Positions 39,073 to 49,259 of a stretch of DNA of 64,000 nt are shown here, piece after piece (positions within the stretch are counted from its first letter, which is position 1; each line of letters starts with the position of its first letter). Location: NCBI GenBank assembly GCA_963777155.1, contig CAVZPM010000034.1:1-64000 (forward strand). The letters run 5' to 3'. This DNA comes from Candidatus Bathyarchaeota archaeon. GTDB taxonomy: Archaea > Thermoproteota > Bathyarchaeia > Bathyarchaeales > Bathycorpusculaceae. Below the pieces are notes generated by a model. The model saw nothing but the letters and a program-made list of their open reading frames with translations, ran no database searches and was not told the origin of the DNA. A program made the position numbers and the translations under genes.

Positions 39073-39582
39073 CTAAGGCTTCAGCAAGCTTTTCTTGAAT
39101 GTTTGGGGCAGACTTGTTGATTCTTTCACGGTTTCAAAAACCATGCATGTCAAAGTCTTATCTAAACCCTTGATCAACCGCAACTTGTCAACTACAAACT
39201 TTCCCACCGCATCCACATTCTCTGCACGTAACTTCACAAGCAAATCCCAGTCCCCAGTTATGATGTGGACTTCCTGCACTTCGGGAAAGCGGGCGATTTC
39301 TTCTGCCACGTGACGCTGCGAAATCGGTGTTTCGTCTTCGTTTTTTGCTCTGTATGAGACTGCGGCGAGGATGAAAGCGGCGGTGGCGAGGTTGAGTTTT
39401 TCTGGAGAGAGAATAGCGCGGTACTGTTTTATGATGCCCATTTCTTCCATGCGTTTGGTTTTGGCAAAGACAGTAGTAATTGGGGTGTTGATTTTTTTTG
39501 CTATTTGGTTGGCAGTTAGTTTGCTGTTTTCTTGGATGAGAGTTAAGATGGCAAGATCTTTTTCATCTAGTTTAACGCTCAT
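39073..39582 (-). CDS. Lrp/AsnC-family transcriptional regulator
   Basis: LDEKDLAIL, HTH, EVQEVHIITGDWDLLVK. Confidence 0.92.
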   Translation of the reverse strand: MSVKLDEKDLAILTLIQENSKLTANQIAKKINTPITTVFAKTKRMEEMGIIKQYRAILSPEKLNLATAAFILAAVSYRAKNEDETPISQRHVAEEIARFPEVQEVHIITGDWDLLVKLRAENVDAVGKFVVDKLRLIKGLDKTLTCMVFETVKESTSLPQTFKKSLLKP

Positions 39583-39697
39583 GTGTAAATATTACAGGTT
39601 TCAAGTATAAAAACTTGTATTAATTGTAAAATATCCATGTTTTATTATAAAAAATTTATTACCTGCCCCGCATAGTGTACACAAAAACAAATTCACA

Positions 39698-40672
39698 GTG
39701 ACCAAAATGACAAGACAAGAAACAATAGCAATCCCAAAGCCGTTAGATCAACTAACGGAAACTGAAATAGAAAGAAAAGCCTGCATAGGCAAAGTTATGA
39801 CTTACACCCTAAGAAGCCTCTCAAACACCTTTGTAAACAAAGGCTTCCAATGGCTCCTACCTGTGGCACTCAGCCAAAGCACCGACCCACTCTGGCCAGA
39901 CCCAGGCGCATCAATAGAGAAACGCATCGAAGTCGACATCTACGGCAAACCTGTCCGCACCACAGCCAGCATGATTATCCACAAACTCGTCGCCTCGTCC
40001 ACCGCCTACCCCAAACTATTCATACTTTCACCAAACATCAGAATCGAAAAAGCTGAACGCGCCAAAACAGGCAAACACATCTACGAATTCACCCAGCTAG
40101 ACTTTGAATCAAGAGACGCCACCAGCAAAGATGTGATGACTCTTGTTGAGGAAGCCATAGTTACTTTGGTTAAGGATCTGAAAAAGGACATGAAAAGCGA
40201 ATTAACTACCCTCTGTCGCTGCGATAGTCTCAAAGTTCCCAAGACACCCTTCAAAATTTATGACCGCGTTGACCTAGAAGCCAAATACGGTGCAGATTGG
40301 GAAGCGGGCATCGCCAAAGAAACAACTGAACCTATCTGGGTAATGAACATTCCACGAGAATTCTACGACTTTGAAGACTTCAAGACAGGCAAATGGGACA
40401 ACTATGACCTATTTCTGCCGCAATTTGGAGAAGTTCTCTCAGGTGCCAAACGCGAATATGAATACAAGAAAATTCTAAGCAAGATTGAACGCGACCAAGT
40501 AAAGAAAGAAAACTACGCCCTTGTCCTTAAGATGGCAAAGGAAGGCAGACTGAAACCTACTGCTGGTGGAGGCATAGGCATGGAACGTTTAGTCGGCTGG
40601 CTTGCAGGCGTTAAACACATCGCTGAATGTCAACCGTTCCCACGTGTACCAGGAACAGTTAACGAACTCTAA
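39698..40672 (+). CDS. asnA: AsnRS-related archaeal asparagine synthetase (no anticodon-binding domain)
   Basis: STDPLWPDP, SMIIHK, SPNIRIE, HIYEFTQLDFE, GEVLSG, GGGIGMERL, PFPRVPG. Confidence 0.88.
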   Translation: MTKMTRQETIAIPKPLDQLTETEIERKACIGKVMTYTLRSLSNTFVNKGFQWLLPVALSQSTDPLWPDPGASIEKRIEVDIYGKPVRTTASMIIHKLVASSTAYPKLFILSPNIRIEKAERAKTGKHIYEFTQLDFESRDATSKDVMTLVEEAIVTLVKDLKKDMKSELTTLCRCDSLKVPKTPFKIYDRVDLEAKYGADWEAGIAKETTEPIWVMNIPREFYDFEDFKTGKWDNYDLFLPQFGEVLSGAKREYEYKKILSKIERDQVKKENYALVLKMAKEGRLKPTAGGGIGMERLVGWLAGVKHIAECQPFPRVPGTVNEL

Positions 40673-40687
40673 GAGATTGATGAAGCT

Positions 40688-42583
40688 ATGAATCCATACC
40701 TTGAAGCATTACAAACAAAACTAAGCCCCGCAGACTTCAAAAAACTAAGCGCCATCGACAACCCCAACGTCCACGAATTCATCGCAAAAGAAAGTGACCT
40801 CTGCCACCCAGAAAAGATTTTCATATGCAGTGATTCCGTCGAAGACATTGCCTACGTTCGTAAGCAAGCAATCGCAACAGGCGAAGAACAAGCCATCCTA
40901 ACAATACCTGGACATACCGTTCACTTTGACGGTGAACAAGACCAGGGACGAGATCGCCAAGCAACCAAATACCTTGTTCCCAAAGGCGTCAGTCTAAGCA
41001 AAGCCCTCAACCAGATGGACCGTCAAGAAGGCCTTTTGGAAGTCATGAGTTTGCTTAGGAATTCGATGATTGGCAAAACAATGATTGTCCGCTTCATCGC
41101 CCTTGGACCCGCCGACTCGGTTTTCACAATTTTTGGGTTGCAATGTACTGACTCTTGGTATGTAGCTCACTCTGAATCACTGCTGTACCGACCTGGCTAC
41201 GACCAATTCGTAAAAGCAGGAAACAAAAGCGATTTCTTACGTGTCCTACACTCCGCTGGAAAACTGAACAGCGACATGGTCAGCATCGATTACGCTAAAA
41301 AGCGCATCTACATCGACCACATGGACAACACCATCTACAGCGTCAACACTCAATACGCAGGCAACTCAGTCGGCTTCAAAAAACTCGCCTTCCGTCTAGC
41401 AATCCGCAAAGCCAGCAGTGAAGGTTGGCTAGCCGAACACATGTTACTCATGGGCGTCTTCGGTCCAGGCGGACGAAAAACCTACTTTGCAGGTGCATTC
41501 CCAAGTGCATGCGGCAAAACCTCAACTGCAATGCTTCCAGGAGAAACCATACTTGGCGACGACATCGCATATATCCGCGACATCGACTCTACCGCACGCG
41601 CAGTAAACGTTGAGTCAGGAATCTTCGGAATCATACAAGATGTTAACTCCAAAGATGACGCCTTAATCTGGAAAGTACTAACAAACCCCGGAGAAATCGT
41701 GTTCTCTAACATTCTAGTAAAAGACGGTAATCCATACTGGCTTGGAATGGGAAAGGAACTGCCAAAAGACGGCTGCAACTACAGCGGAACATGGTACGAA
41801 GGTAAAAAAGACGAAAACGGCAATGAAGTCCCTGCAGCAAACAAGAACGCCCGCTACGCAGTAGCCCTAAATGCACTTGAAAACGTTGACCCTGAACTTG
41901 AAAACCCTAACGGCGTCGAACTCGGCGGCATCATGTACGGTGGCCGAGACGCAAAAGCATACGTTCCCGTTCAGCAAAGCTTCAGTTGGGAACACGGAAT
42001 AATCGCTTACGGTGCCTCACTTGAGACAGAAACTACTTTCGCAACCATCGGCAAAGAAGGTGTTCCTGAAATCAACATGATGAGCATCCAAGACTTCATA
42101 AGCATCCCCATGGGCAAAAACGTACACAACAATCTAAACTTCGGAGGCAAACTCAGAAAGCAACCCATAGTCTTCGGCGTCAACTACTTCCTCAAAGAAG
42201 TCGGCAACGACAAATACCTCAACAGCCCACAGGATAAACATGTCTGGATAAAATGGATGGAACTACGAGTACACAACGAAGTAGACGCCCTAAAAACACC
42301 AACCGGTTACATTCCAAAGTACGAAGACCTCCACAAACTCTTCAAACAAGTATTGGGCAAAAACTACGCTAAAGAAGACTACATCAAACAGTTTACTATA
42401 CGTGTCCCCGAGAACCTGGCAAAGATAGAACGGGTATCACGTTTCTATCAAGAAAACGTTACTGACACACCGCTGGAACTCTTCGGCATACTCTACATGC
42501 AGCGACAACGATTAATCGATGCTAAGGCTAAATACGGCGATTATATTTCACCCGAAAACTTTGAAAAAGAAGCCGGGGTTTAA
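40688..42583 (+). CDS. pckG: GTP-dependent phosphoenolpyruvate carboxykinase
   Basis: YAGNSVGFKK, GWLAEHM, AFPSACGKT, GDDIAY, N.RY. Confidence 0.93.
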   Translation: MNPYLEALQTKLSPADFKKLSAIDNPNVHEFIAKESDLCHPEKIFICSDSVEDIAYVRKQAIATGEEQAILTIPGHTVHFDGEQDQGRDRQATKYLVPKGVSLSKALNQMDRQEGLLEVMSLLRNSMIGKTMIVRFIALGPADSVFTIFGLQCTDSWYVAHSESLLYRPGYDQFVKAGNKSDFLRVLHSAGKLNSDMVSIDYAKKRIYIDHMDNTIYSVNTQYAGNSVGFKKLAFRLAIRKASSEGWLAEHMLLMGVFGPGGRKTYFAGAFPSACGKTSTAMLPGETILGDDIAYIRDIDSTARAVNVESGIFGIIQDVNSKDDALIWKVLTNPGEIVFSNILVKDGNPYWLGMGKELPKDGCNYSGTWYEGKKDENGNEVPAANKNARYAVALNALENVDPELENPNGVELGGIMYGGRDAKAYVPVQQSFSWEHGIIAYGASLETETTFATIGKEGVPEINMMSIQDFISIPMGKNVHNNLNFGGKLRKQPIVFGVNYFLKEVGNDKYLNSPQDKHVWIKWMELRVHNEVDALKTPTGYIPKYEDLHKLFKQVLGKNYAKEDYIKQFTIRVPENLAKIERVSRFYQENVTDTPLELFGILYMQRQRLIDAKAKYGDYISPENFEKEAGV

Positions 42584-42729
42584 TGAAAAAGTAATGAATT
42601 TGACCTATATTTTTTTCCTTTTTTTGCGTCAACCTTTTAAATGGAGTCCGCATACTGAATAGAAATTCATAATCGTTATTTAATAAAAACGGTCAAAGAA
42701 AAAACAACGAAAGAAAAGAGTGAAGGTAT

Positions 42730-42978
42730 ATGATGATGAAAAAGCTGGAAAAGAAAACATCGGCGTACACCATAAACATGGCTACACTTGAAGGCGACGG
42801 TTCGTTCCAATGTCCCAAATGCGGAAAATCCATCTCGCCCGATGATGATCCAGAAGACAACTACGAAATCTTAGATACCAAATGCGTCAACGACGAACTT
42901 GCCGAGTTAGTCATAAGCTGCGCCAAATGCAGAAGTACCATAAAACTTACCGGTTTTCAAGAAGGCTTAACCGAATAG
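42730..42978 (+). CDS. Small zinc-ribbon protein
   Basis: CPKCG..ISPDD...CAKC. Confidence 0.75.
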   Translation: MMMKKLEKKTSAYTINMATLEGDGSFQCPKCGKSISPDDDPEDNYEILDTKCVNDELAELVISCAKCRSTIKLTGFQEGLTE

Positions 42979-43070
42979 TATCTTTTATGACAAGTTTATT
43001 CTTTCTTCATTTTATTTGATTAATTAAATGCAAATGCTTTTTTTCAACTTCAATAGTATCTATTTGTGGT

Positions 43071-43694
43071 TTGATGCTCGTCGAAACTTTCACCGTTGGC
43101 ATGTTATCTACCAACTGTTACATAGCAAGTTGCCCAGACACAAAAGAAGCAGTAATAATCGATCCGGGACTAGACTTTTCTTATGAAGCTCAACCAATTC
43201 ACGATTACATAAAGGAAGCCAAATTAAAACTCAAATTTATCATTAACACACATGGACACGAAGACCACATCAAAGGCGACACCATCTTCCAAGAAAAATA
43301 CAATGTCCCAATCTGTATTCACTCGCTTGATGCCCATTTCATTGAAATCATAAGAAACCCCAAGTTTCCAACTATCGTCTTGGATGAAGGCAGTTTTCTT
43401 CAATGTGGCGGTGAAGTGCTCAAGGTTATTCATACTCCCGGACATACTCCAGGCAGTATATGCCTTGTGGGAGAAAGGCTCATTTTCACCGGCGATACAT
43501 TATTCGCTGGCGGAATTGGGAGAACCGATTTTCCGGGAGGCTCAATAATTGACATGAACAATTCACTAAAGAAACTAACTAGTTTGCCTGATTACCTTTT
43601 GGTGTATCCTGGCCACGGCGAAACCTCTATGATTGGCGAAGAAAAAAGAGCAAATCCTTTCCTGAATAATAAAAGTGAGAACAGATTTTTTTAA
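43071..43694 (+). CDS. MBL-fold metallohydrolase (glyoxalase II-like)
   Basis: THGHEDH, HTPGHTPGS, FTGDTLF, YPGHG. Confidence 0.92.
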   Translation: MMLVETFTVGMLSTNCYIASCPDTKEAVIIDPGLDFSYEAQPIHDYIKEAKLKLKFIINTHGHEDHIKGDTIFQEKYNVPICIHSLDAHFIEIIRNPKFPTIVLDEGSFLQCGGEVLKVIHTPGHTPGSICLVGERLIFTGDTLFAGGIGRTDFPGGSIIDMNNSLKKLTSLPDYLLVYPGHGETSMIGEEKRANPFLNNKSENRFF

Positions 43695-44687
43695 TTAGGC
43701 GTTTGGTGGGTTTTGGCCGATTTCCTGTAAGGCTCGTAACCTTTTGATTATGTTCGGGTGGGTTGATAAGATTTCGGCGAACTTGTCGACTGATGTGGGT
43801 TGTTTTGAGAGTGTTTCTCTTAATAGGTCTTGCTTGTTTGTTATGCGGTTTGTATTCAACTCTGCTGAGTCTGCGTTTGCGCGTTCGGGGTCAGCGATGA
43901 AGAGTGCTTTGTAGGAGCTGTTGCTTTTCTGCTGGTCTTTCTGGCTAGTAGGATGCTTACTTTCCTGTACAATTGTTATTAAGCCTGTGGAGAGTTTTTG
44001 TGCGCCGTTTTCGACGATTTGGGCACTGTGTCTATCAGCATAGTATTCACGCAGGCGACTCAGGTACAATGTGAATAATGTCAGTACCCATGAAAAAGCC
44101 ATGAATGCAATGCCAAACAGTGCATTGTTTCCACCGCCTCCATTTTTCCGTTCTGAACCGCCGCCGAACATGCCCGATAGCATCATGGAGTAACCGATGT
44201 AGTAGAATAGAGCTGGCAAAAACGAAACCACCATCATGACTTGTACGTCGCGGTGCTTCAAGTGCCCAAGTTCATGCCCAATAACGGCTTCAACTTCTCC
44301 GTCGTCTAAGTTCTTTAAAAGTCCCTGAGTAACAGCAACTCGGCTTCCGGTCAGCGGTGATCCGTAGGCGAATGCGTTTGGCAGTGGGATTTGGGAGAGC
44401 ATGAGTTTCGGTGCGGATATTCCACTTTTTCGGCTTAAATCGGAAACCATCTGGTGTATTTGGAGGTTTTCATTTTGGGGCATTTCTTTAACTTTGTAGA
44501 TCCAGCCTACAAGGTAGGGGGACATTAACCATTGGGCAATGTTGAGGACAACCACGAATATGCCTATAGTGTATAAGCTTAAGCCTATCCCAGCCCAAGT
44601 TAACACAACCGTAAACACGAGTGTAGTTAAGCCAAAGATTATGGCTAAAGTTGCAACCATAGAAAGTCGAAGTTTCCAAGCGTTCAT
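43695..44687 (-). CDS. htpX: HtpX-family membrane zinc protease
   Basis: PNAFAYG, HELGH, SRLREYYAD, STHP. Confidence 0.92.
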   Translation of the reverse strand: MNAWKLRLSMVATLAIIFGLTTLVFTVVLTWAGIGLSLYTIGIFVVVLNIAQWLMSPYLVGWIYKVKEMPQNENLQIHQMVSDLSRKSGISAPKLMLSQIPLPNAFAYGSPLTGSRVAVTQGLLKNLDDGEVEAVIGHELGHLKHRDVQVMMVVSFLPALFYYIGYSMMLSGMFGGGSERKNGGGGNNALFGIAFMAFSWVLTLFTLYLSRLREYYADRHSAQIVENGAQKLSTGLITIVQESKHPTSQKDQQKSNSSYKALFIADPERANADSAELNTNRITNKQDLLRETLSKQPTSVDKFAEILSTHPNIIKRLRALQEIGQNPPNA

Positions 44688-44787
44688 GCTTTTGTCACTT
44701 TCTGTTTCTTCAATGTGTCTTTATGGGCGCTTATAACTTTTGTGCGGTAAACTAAAACAACTGTCCTTAGAACAGCAGATCAAAAAG

Positions 44788-45516
44788 TTATTTTGGATTT
44801 GCCTTAAAGATGAGACGGGAAGAATCCACGCTAAAGTCTTCCTCGTCGTAACCTCCAAAAACTCGATTAACCCTAAAACCAGCGCCTTCCAGTAATCTCA
44901 GAAGCTCATCCTGTCCGTACAAGCGAACCTTATGCTCAAAAACCCTAACCTGTCCATCTGACTTGTTACGGATAGCCCAAGAATCACAAAGCCAATCACC
45001 GTTGCTACTTACGGTTCTTATTTGTTGGAGAAAAAAACTTGGGTACTCTTTCTCCTTGGAGGATTTATTTTGGTCTTTATATCTCAGAGTTAGATATTCT
45101 CGGTTGAAAACATCGATGACAAACAACCCCTCCTGAAACAGCACCCTTCGCACTTCAGTAAGGCTAACTTTGTCATCTACTTTCGAGGGTAAGTATCCAA
45201 AACTCGTGTCAAGGCTAACAGCAGCAACGAAGGCACCCGTTTTTAAGGGTAAAAAACGAATATCACCCAACACCACCATTATGTCGTGGGAGCGTTTCTT
45301 GGCAATTTTAAGAAGCCTTCGTGATGACATCCAAACCCACCATACAATATCCATCTGCGTTTAAGGCAATAGCGTGCCTTCCCGATCCGCAGGCAAGATC
45401 TAACACATACCCAGAAGGCTTAAGGTGGCTTTTTAGGAATTGGATTTGCTTCTCTGTCTGGTTCTTATCCGCTATCTCTACCCAATAAGTCCCATATCAT
45501 CGAAGACGTTAGTCGT
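44788..45516 (-). pseudogene. Class I SAM-dependent methyltransferase, frameshifted (error or true pseudogene)
   Basis: VLDLACGSGRH in the upstream frame, GDIRFLP, TSFGY; two frameshifts and an ACG where a start would be expected. Confidence 0.7.
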
Positions 45517-45706
45517 AGTTTCCCCCCTAAACATTAAGGATACGCAGATTTAGCAGTTTAGTTTCAACAAATAATAGTTAGTGGTGTCACCAGCTCCAAT
45601 TTTCTTCCTCTTTCTTTTTTAGAGGTTTTGGAAAGGGTTAACTTTGATCGAATTAAGAGCAGGGTAACATTCAACCTTTTTTAGCAATAGACGAAGTTGC
45701 ATCTTT

Positions 45707-46993
45707 CTATTCTTTTAAATTGTTGAGTGTGGTTATTGAAAATGGAACAAGCATTTCCTCTTCATGTAACCCACCATGCTGTCCAAGAAAACTAATTTTA
45801 TTGTCCTCAGAGTTTTCAAACCACACTGTCTCGTTTCCATATGGCAGAATCAACAAGTTTCCTGTTCTTTCAATAACCTCGTTGTTCGGAATGCCCAAAC
45901 CAAACAAGCCTTTTTCTGCTGCTTCTTTAGTTTCAATGATTTGAGCTTTGTCGCCAATTTTTTGTATTAACCAATCCTTAGTCTCAGCAAGTTTCTCTTC
46001 CTTAATATGAAGAAAAAGTTCTCGGGGACCACCTATTGGCAAAATTGTTTTTCGATTTTTTCCAACCTGCAAGTTCAATATTGCCTTGGGTAAACAATTA
46101 AGGTAAGTTGTTTCTCTTGGATCAATGTTCAAACCTCCATGATCGGCAGTCAATAGAAGTAACGTTTCTTTGGCAGTTTTGGTGTCCAATTTTTGAACTA
46201 ATTCTTTATCTAATAAGTGAGTTATCGACGACAATTCTGAAGAATACTCGTAACTATCCGGCCCATATTCGTGTGCTATTGTGTCGAGAGTGTCTAGGTG
46301 TACAAAGAAATAGGCACTGTTGCCGCTGTTTTCTTCTAGATTTTTTCTAAGTCTAACAACGGAATCAGATGATTTTATTGATGGAATTATTTTGCTTCCT
46401 TGGAAAATTAATTTTGATAAAACGTTGAAGGCATTCGATGTGTTTACATGTGTGAAGGTTTTGATGCCTTCTTGTTTTAAGGTGTTGTGAATGGTTTTGT
46501 CCTGCAGCAGGAGGATACTTGGGTCAAATCTTTCATCTATAAGTCTATCTTGTAATCTGGAACCTAAGCGTTCAAATTGTAATGCGTTAACTACTCCAAT
46601 ATCTTTCAGGTAGATGAAGTACTCGAAGAGACCGTGTTCCTGAGGGGTTAAACCTGTGTTTAGAGTAGTTAGTGCGTTTGTCGTTTGAGACGGGAAGACG
46701 CTTGTTAGGGAGTATACTTCCCCTTTGTCAGTGAGGTTGGATAAGAATTGATTTTCTTTGAGGTGATTTAGGAATTGTTTGAATCCAAATCCATCGATGA
46801 CTAGAAGTATTACTTTGTTTATCCCTTCAGGAAGTGTTATGTTTTCAAGGGGCGGTCCAGTTTTTTCGTTTCTTGCTTCAAACAAGTTTAGTATCAGGTT
46901 TGGTATTTCTGAGATGCAGCTCTGACCGTATTGGGGGTAAACGAAATTGTCGTTGGTTCTTCTCTCTAGGGATTCAATTTGTTGGACTAACAT
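45707..46993 (-). CDS. Alkaline phosphatase superfamily / nucleotide pyrophosphatase
   Basis: VIDGFG, SVFPSQT, HEYGP, TADHG, GQHGG..EEMLVP. Confidence 0.88.
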   Translation of the reverse strand: MLVQQIESLERRTNDNFVYPQYGQSCISEIPNLILNLFEARNEKTGPPLENITLPEGINKVILLVIDGFGFKQFLNHLKENQFLSNLTDKGEVYSLTSVFPSQTTNALTTLNTGLTPQEHGLFEYFIYLKDIGVVNALQFERLGSRLQDRLIDERFDPSILLLQDKTIHNTLKQEGIKTFTHVNTSNAFNVLSKLIFQGSKIIPSIKSSDSVVRLRKNLEENSGNSAYFFVHLDTLDTIAHEYGPDSYEYSSELSSITHLLDKELVQKLDTKTAKETLLLLTADHGGLNIDPRETTYLNCLPKAILNLQVGKNRKTILPIGGPRELFLHIKEEKLAETKDWLIQKIGDKAQIIETKEAAEKGLFGLGIPNNEVIERTGNLLILPYGNETVWFENSEDNKISFLGQHGGLHEEEMLVPFSITTLNNLKE

Positions 46994-47104
46994 TAGGTCG
47001 CCTTGAACGATGTATTATGCTTGTGGCAACTCTATTGCCGGTGCTCACTTTTCCTTCCAATTCTCTCTTTGCACTGCTTGTTTGATCCCTTGTAAAAGCA
47101 TTTT

Positions 47105-47155
47105 CGTTAAGGTTTCTTGACTAAGTTCTACTTGGTTAGTCAAGGTTCCTTGACT
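47105..47155. promoter_or_regulatory. Two 18-bp palindromic operator-like sites 33 bp apart
   Basis: AGTCAAGG-TT-CCTTGACT (47138-47155, perfect) and CGTTAAGG-TT-TCTTGACT (47105-47122) in a divergent promoter region. Confidence 0.6.
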
Positions 47156-47235
47156 TAATCTACGTCGACAATGATTTGTTTTCGAGCCGCTTAAATATGC
47201 AACCTCTTATTTTCTAAACTACTGGAGACATAGCG

Positions 47236-47928
47236 TTGACTGAGAAACAAGAGTGGCAACACCTCTATATGCTATTAAAACTTGCTGAGATGGGTGCTTA
47301 CAGGCGAGTTGCCAAAGTTTCAACTGAGTACCTAGCGAAGAAGCTTGGGATTTCCCAGCAGACCGCGTCAAGGTACCTTATCGAGCTTGAGCGCAAGGAC
47401 TGGATTCAACGCAATATAACTCCAGAAGGAAGTTTAATCAAAATCGAGGAGTCAGGAAGTAAAGAACTGCAAAAACTATATTCAGAACTTAAGCTTCTGA
47501 TAGAGAAAACTTATCCACCCTCGGTAACTTTGGAAGGTATTGTATTCACGGGTTTAGGCGAAGGAGCCTACTACGTGACAAAGGAACATTATAGACAACA
47601 GATTGTTGAGAAATTGGGTTTTGAACCCTACCCCGGCACACTCAATGTGAAACTGTCCTCGGACTATGATATAAAGACCCGTATGGAACTCGACGCCTAC
47701 CCCGCCATCGAAGTTAGAGGTTTTAAGAACGAAGACCGAACCTTTGGTTTAGTGAAATGTTACCCCGCTATAATTGGTGGCATTGTTAAGGGTGCCCTAA
47801 TAACGGCATTGCGGAGCCATTATGATGCCTCAGTTCTAGAAATTATTGCGCCTGTTTGCCTGAGAAAGCAGCTTGGACTCAAAGACGGCAACAAAGTAAA
47901 AGTAGAAGTCCACACTCAATCCAGCTAA
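47236..47928 (+). CDS. ribK: HTH-containing CTP-dependent riboflavin kinase/regulator RbkR
   Basis: N-terminal HTH SQQTASR; GLGEGAYY, GFEPYPGTLN, EIIAPVCLR. Confidence 0.92.
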   Translation: MTEKQEWQHLYMLLKLAEMGAYRRVAKVSTEYLAKKLGISQQTASRYLIELERKDWIQRNITPEGSLIKIEESGSKELQKLYSELKLLIEKTYPPSVTLEGIVFTGLGEGAYYVTKEHYRQQIVEKLGFEPYPGTLNVKLSSDYDIKTRMELDAYPAIEVRGFKNEDRTFGLVKCYPAIIGGIVKGALITALRSHYDASVLEIIAPVCLRKQLGLKDGNKVKVEVHTQSS

Positions 47929-48537
47929 AATGGCATGGCAGGCGAATACGGATGTTTACGTTCAGTATAGTCTATTTTTCGTCTGGTAGCAAGCAAGTAT
48001 CCGAGAAATAGTCCGAAAACCTAAGCCGCCTAGATGCGCTACAATGTTTACACCTTCTCCAGTGTTTATGAAAAACAGGAAGAATGCGTATACCAGCGCT
48101 CCAAGAATAGATTGCCTGACTGAGCGTCTGGCATATATTACACATGCACCAAACATGGAGAAGATAGCGCCTGAAGCTCCAACTGAGATGAATAATGGAT
48201 CAAATATTACCAATGAAAGAATATTGCCCACCAAACCGCCAACAAGATAGATAGAGAGGTATTCTGGAAGAGAAAACATTTCTTCGCCGCGTAAACCAAA
48301 AATCAATAGGAAGAGCATGTTGCCCACCAAGTGAATTATGGTGGCGTGGACGAAAATTGAGCTCAAGAGTTGCCAGTAGGCGCCTTCAAACAGAATTTTG
48401 CCGTTGACTTGTCCCCATTGGAAGACTATGCTGTCAGGTGTAGTTAACGCGTTGCCACCAATGATTGCACCGTAGATGTAGATAGCTACGTTTAAGCCGA
48501 TTAGAATGTATGTTGGTTTGTATTTCTCGCAACCCAT
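47925..48537 (-). CDS. Rhomboid intramembrane serine protease (C-terminal frameshift ~48018)
   Basis: FVHA..HLVGNM, GASGA, AHLGG. Confidence 0.88.
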
Positions 48538-48550
48538 AAGCCTGCAACCG

Positions 48551-49012
48551 TCATTTGCCGAGTTTGTCAACTATTTTCTGTTTAATTTTAGATGAGCTAT
48601 CTAAAGCATTCTCACCATACTTGCCAATTCGTACGACCATAACTGGCAGTTTATGGGCTTCAATATACTCTTTAACTTCCCGCTCCATCTCCGCTTGGTC
48701 ATAGCCCAAGGCGATAAAATCTGGTTTGATTTTCTCGATTACTTCGCCGATTTCGAGTCCTTCATACCCAAGAACTGCTTCGTTAACCACTCTGAGCGAC
48801 TCCACCAGCGTACAACGTTGATCTTCACTCATAATTGGCTTTCTGCCCTTAGTCTTCTCGACAGTGCTATCTCGTGCAATAATGACTATGAGCTTTGCAT
48901 TTTTTCCACCAGCTTTCTTGGCGTCCTCCAAAAATCTCACGTGACCAAGATGAAGCAGGTCAAACACTCCTGAAGCTAAGACTACTTTTTGTTTTCTTGT
49001 TTTGTTGGCCAT
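48551..49012 (-). CDS. ribL: Archaeal FAD synthase
   Basis: GVFDLLHLGH, IIARD, PDFIALGYDQ, SSSKI. Confidence 0.9.
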   Translation of the reverse strand: MANKTRKQKVVLASGVFDLLHLGHVRFLEDAKKAGGKNAKLIVIIARDSTVEKTKGRKPIMSEDQRCTLVESLRVVNEAVLGYEGLEIGEVIEKIKPDFIALGYDQAEMEREVKEYIEAHKLPVMVVRIGKYGENALDSSSKIKQKIVDKLGK

Positions 49013-49257
49013 TCAAAGTTCACTGCGCCGATTAATCTTAAAGCGTCAAGTATGCCTTCACAATAGGCAACGCTGGTTAAGCTGGTTTCAAGCTTACCCT
49101 GCGCCTTATAATATTTTGCATCCTCCAAGTAGTCATTTGCATAACTCAAAACAGCAGTCACCGTCTCTTCATTTAGGTTGATGGGCATTTGTGGTCGTCT
49201 AAGTTCGCTACAGACTTTTTCAGCCATCGAAATGTACTTGGTAGCAAGTTCTTCCAA
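48982..49257 (-). CDS. DUF357 protein
   Basis: YLEDAKYY...SVAYCEGILDA; next to dph5. Confidence 0.85.
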   Translation of the reverse strand: MEELATKYISMAEKVCSELRRPQMPINLNEETVTAVLSYANDYLEDAKYYKAQGKLETSLTSVAYCEGILDALRLIGAVNFEWPTKQENKK

Positions 49258-49259
49258 GC

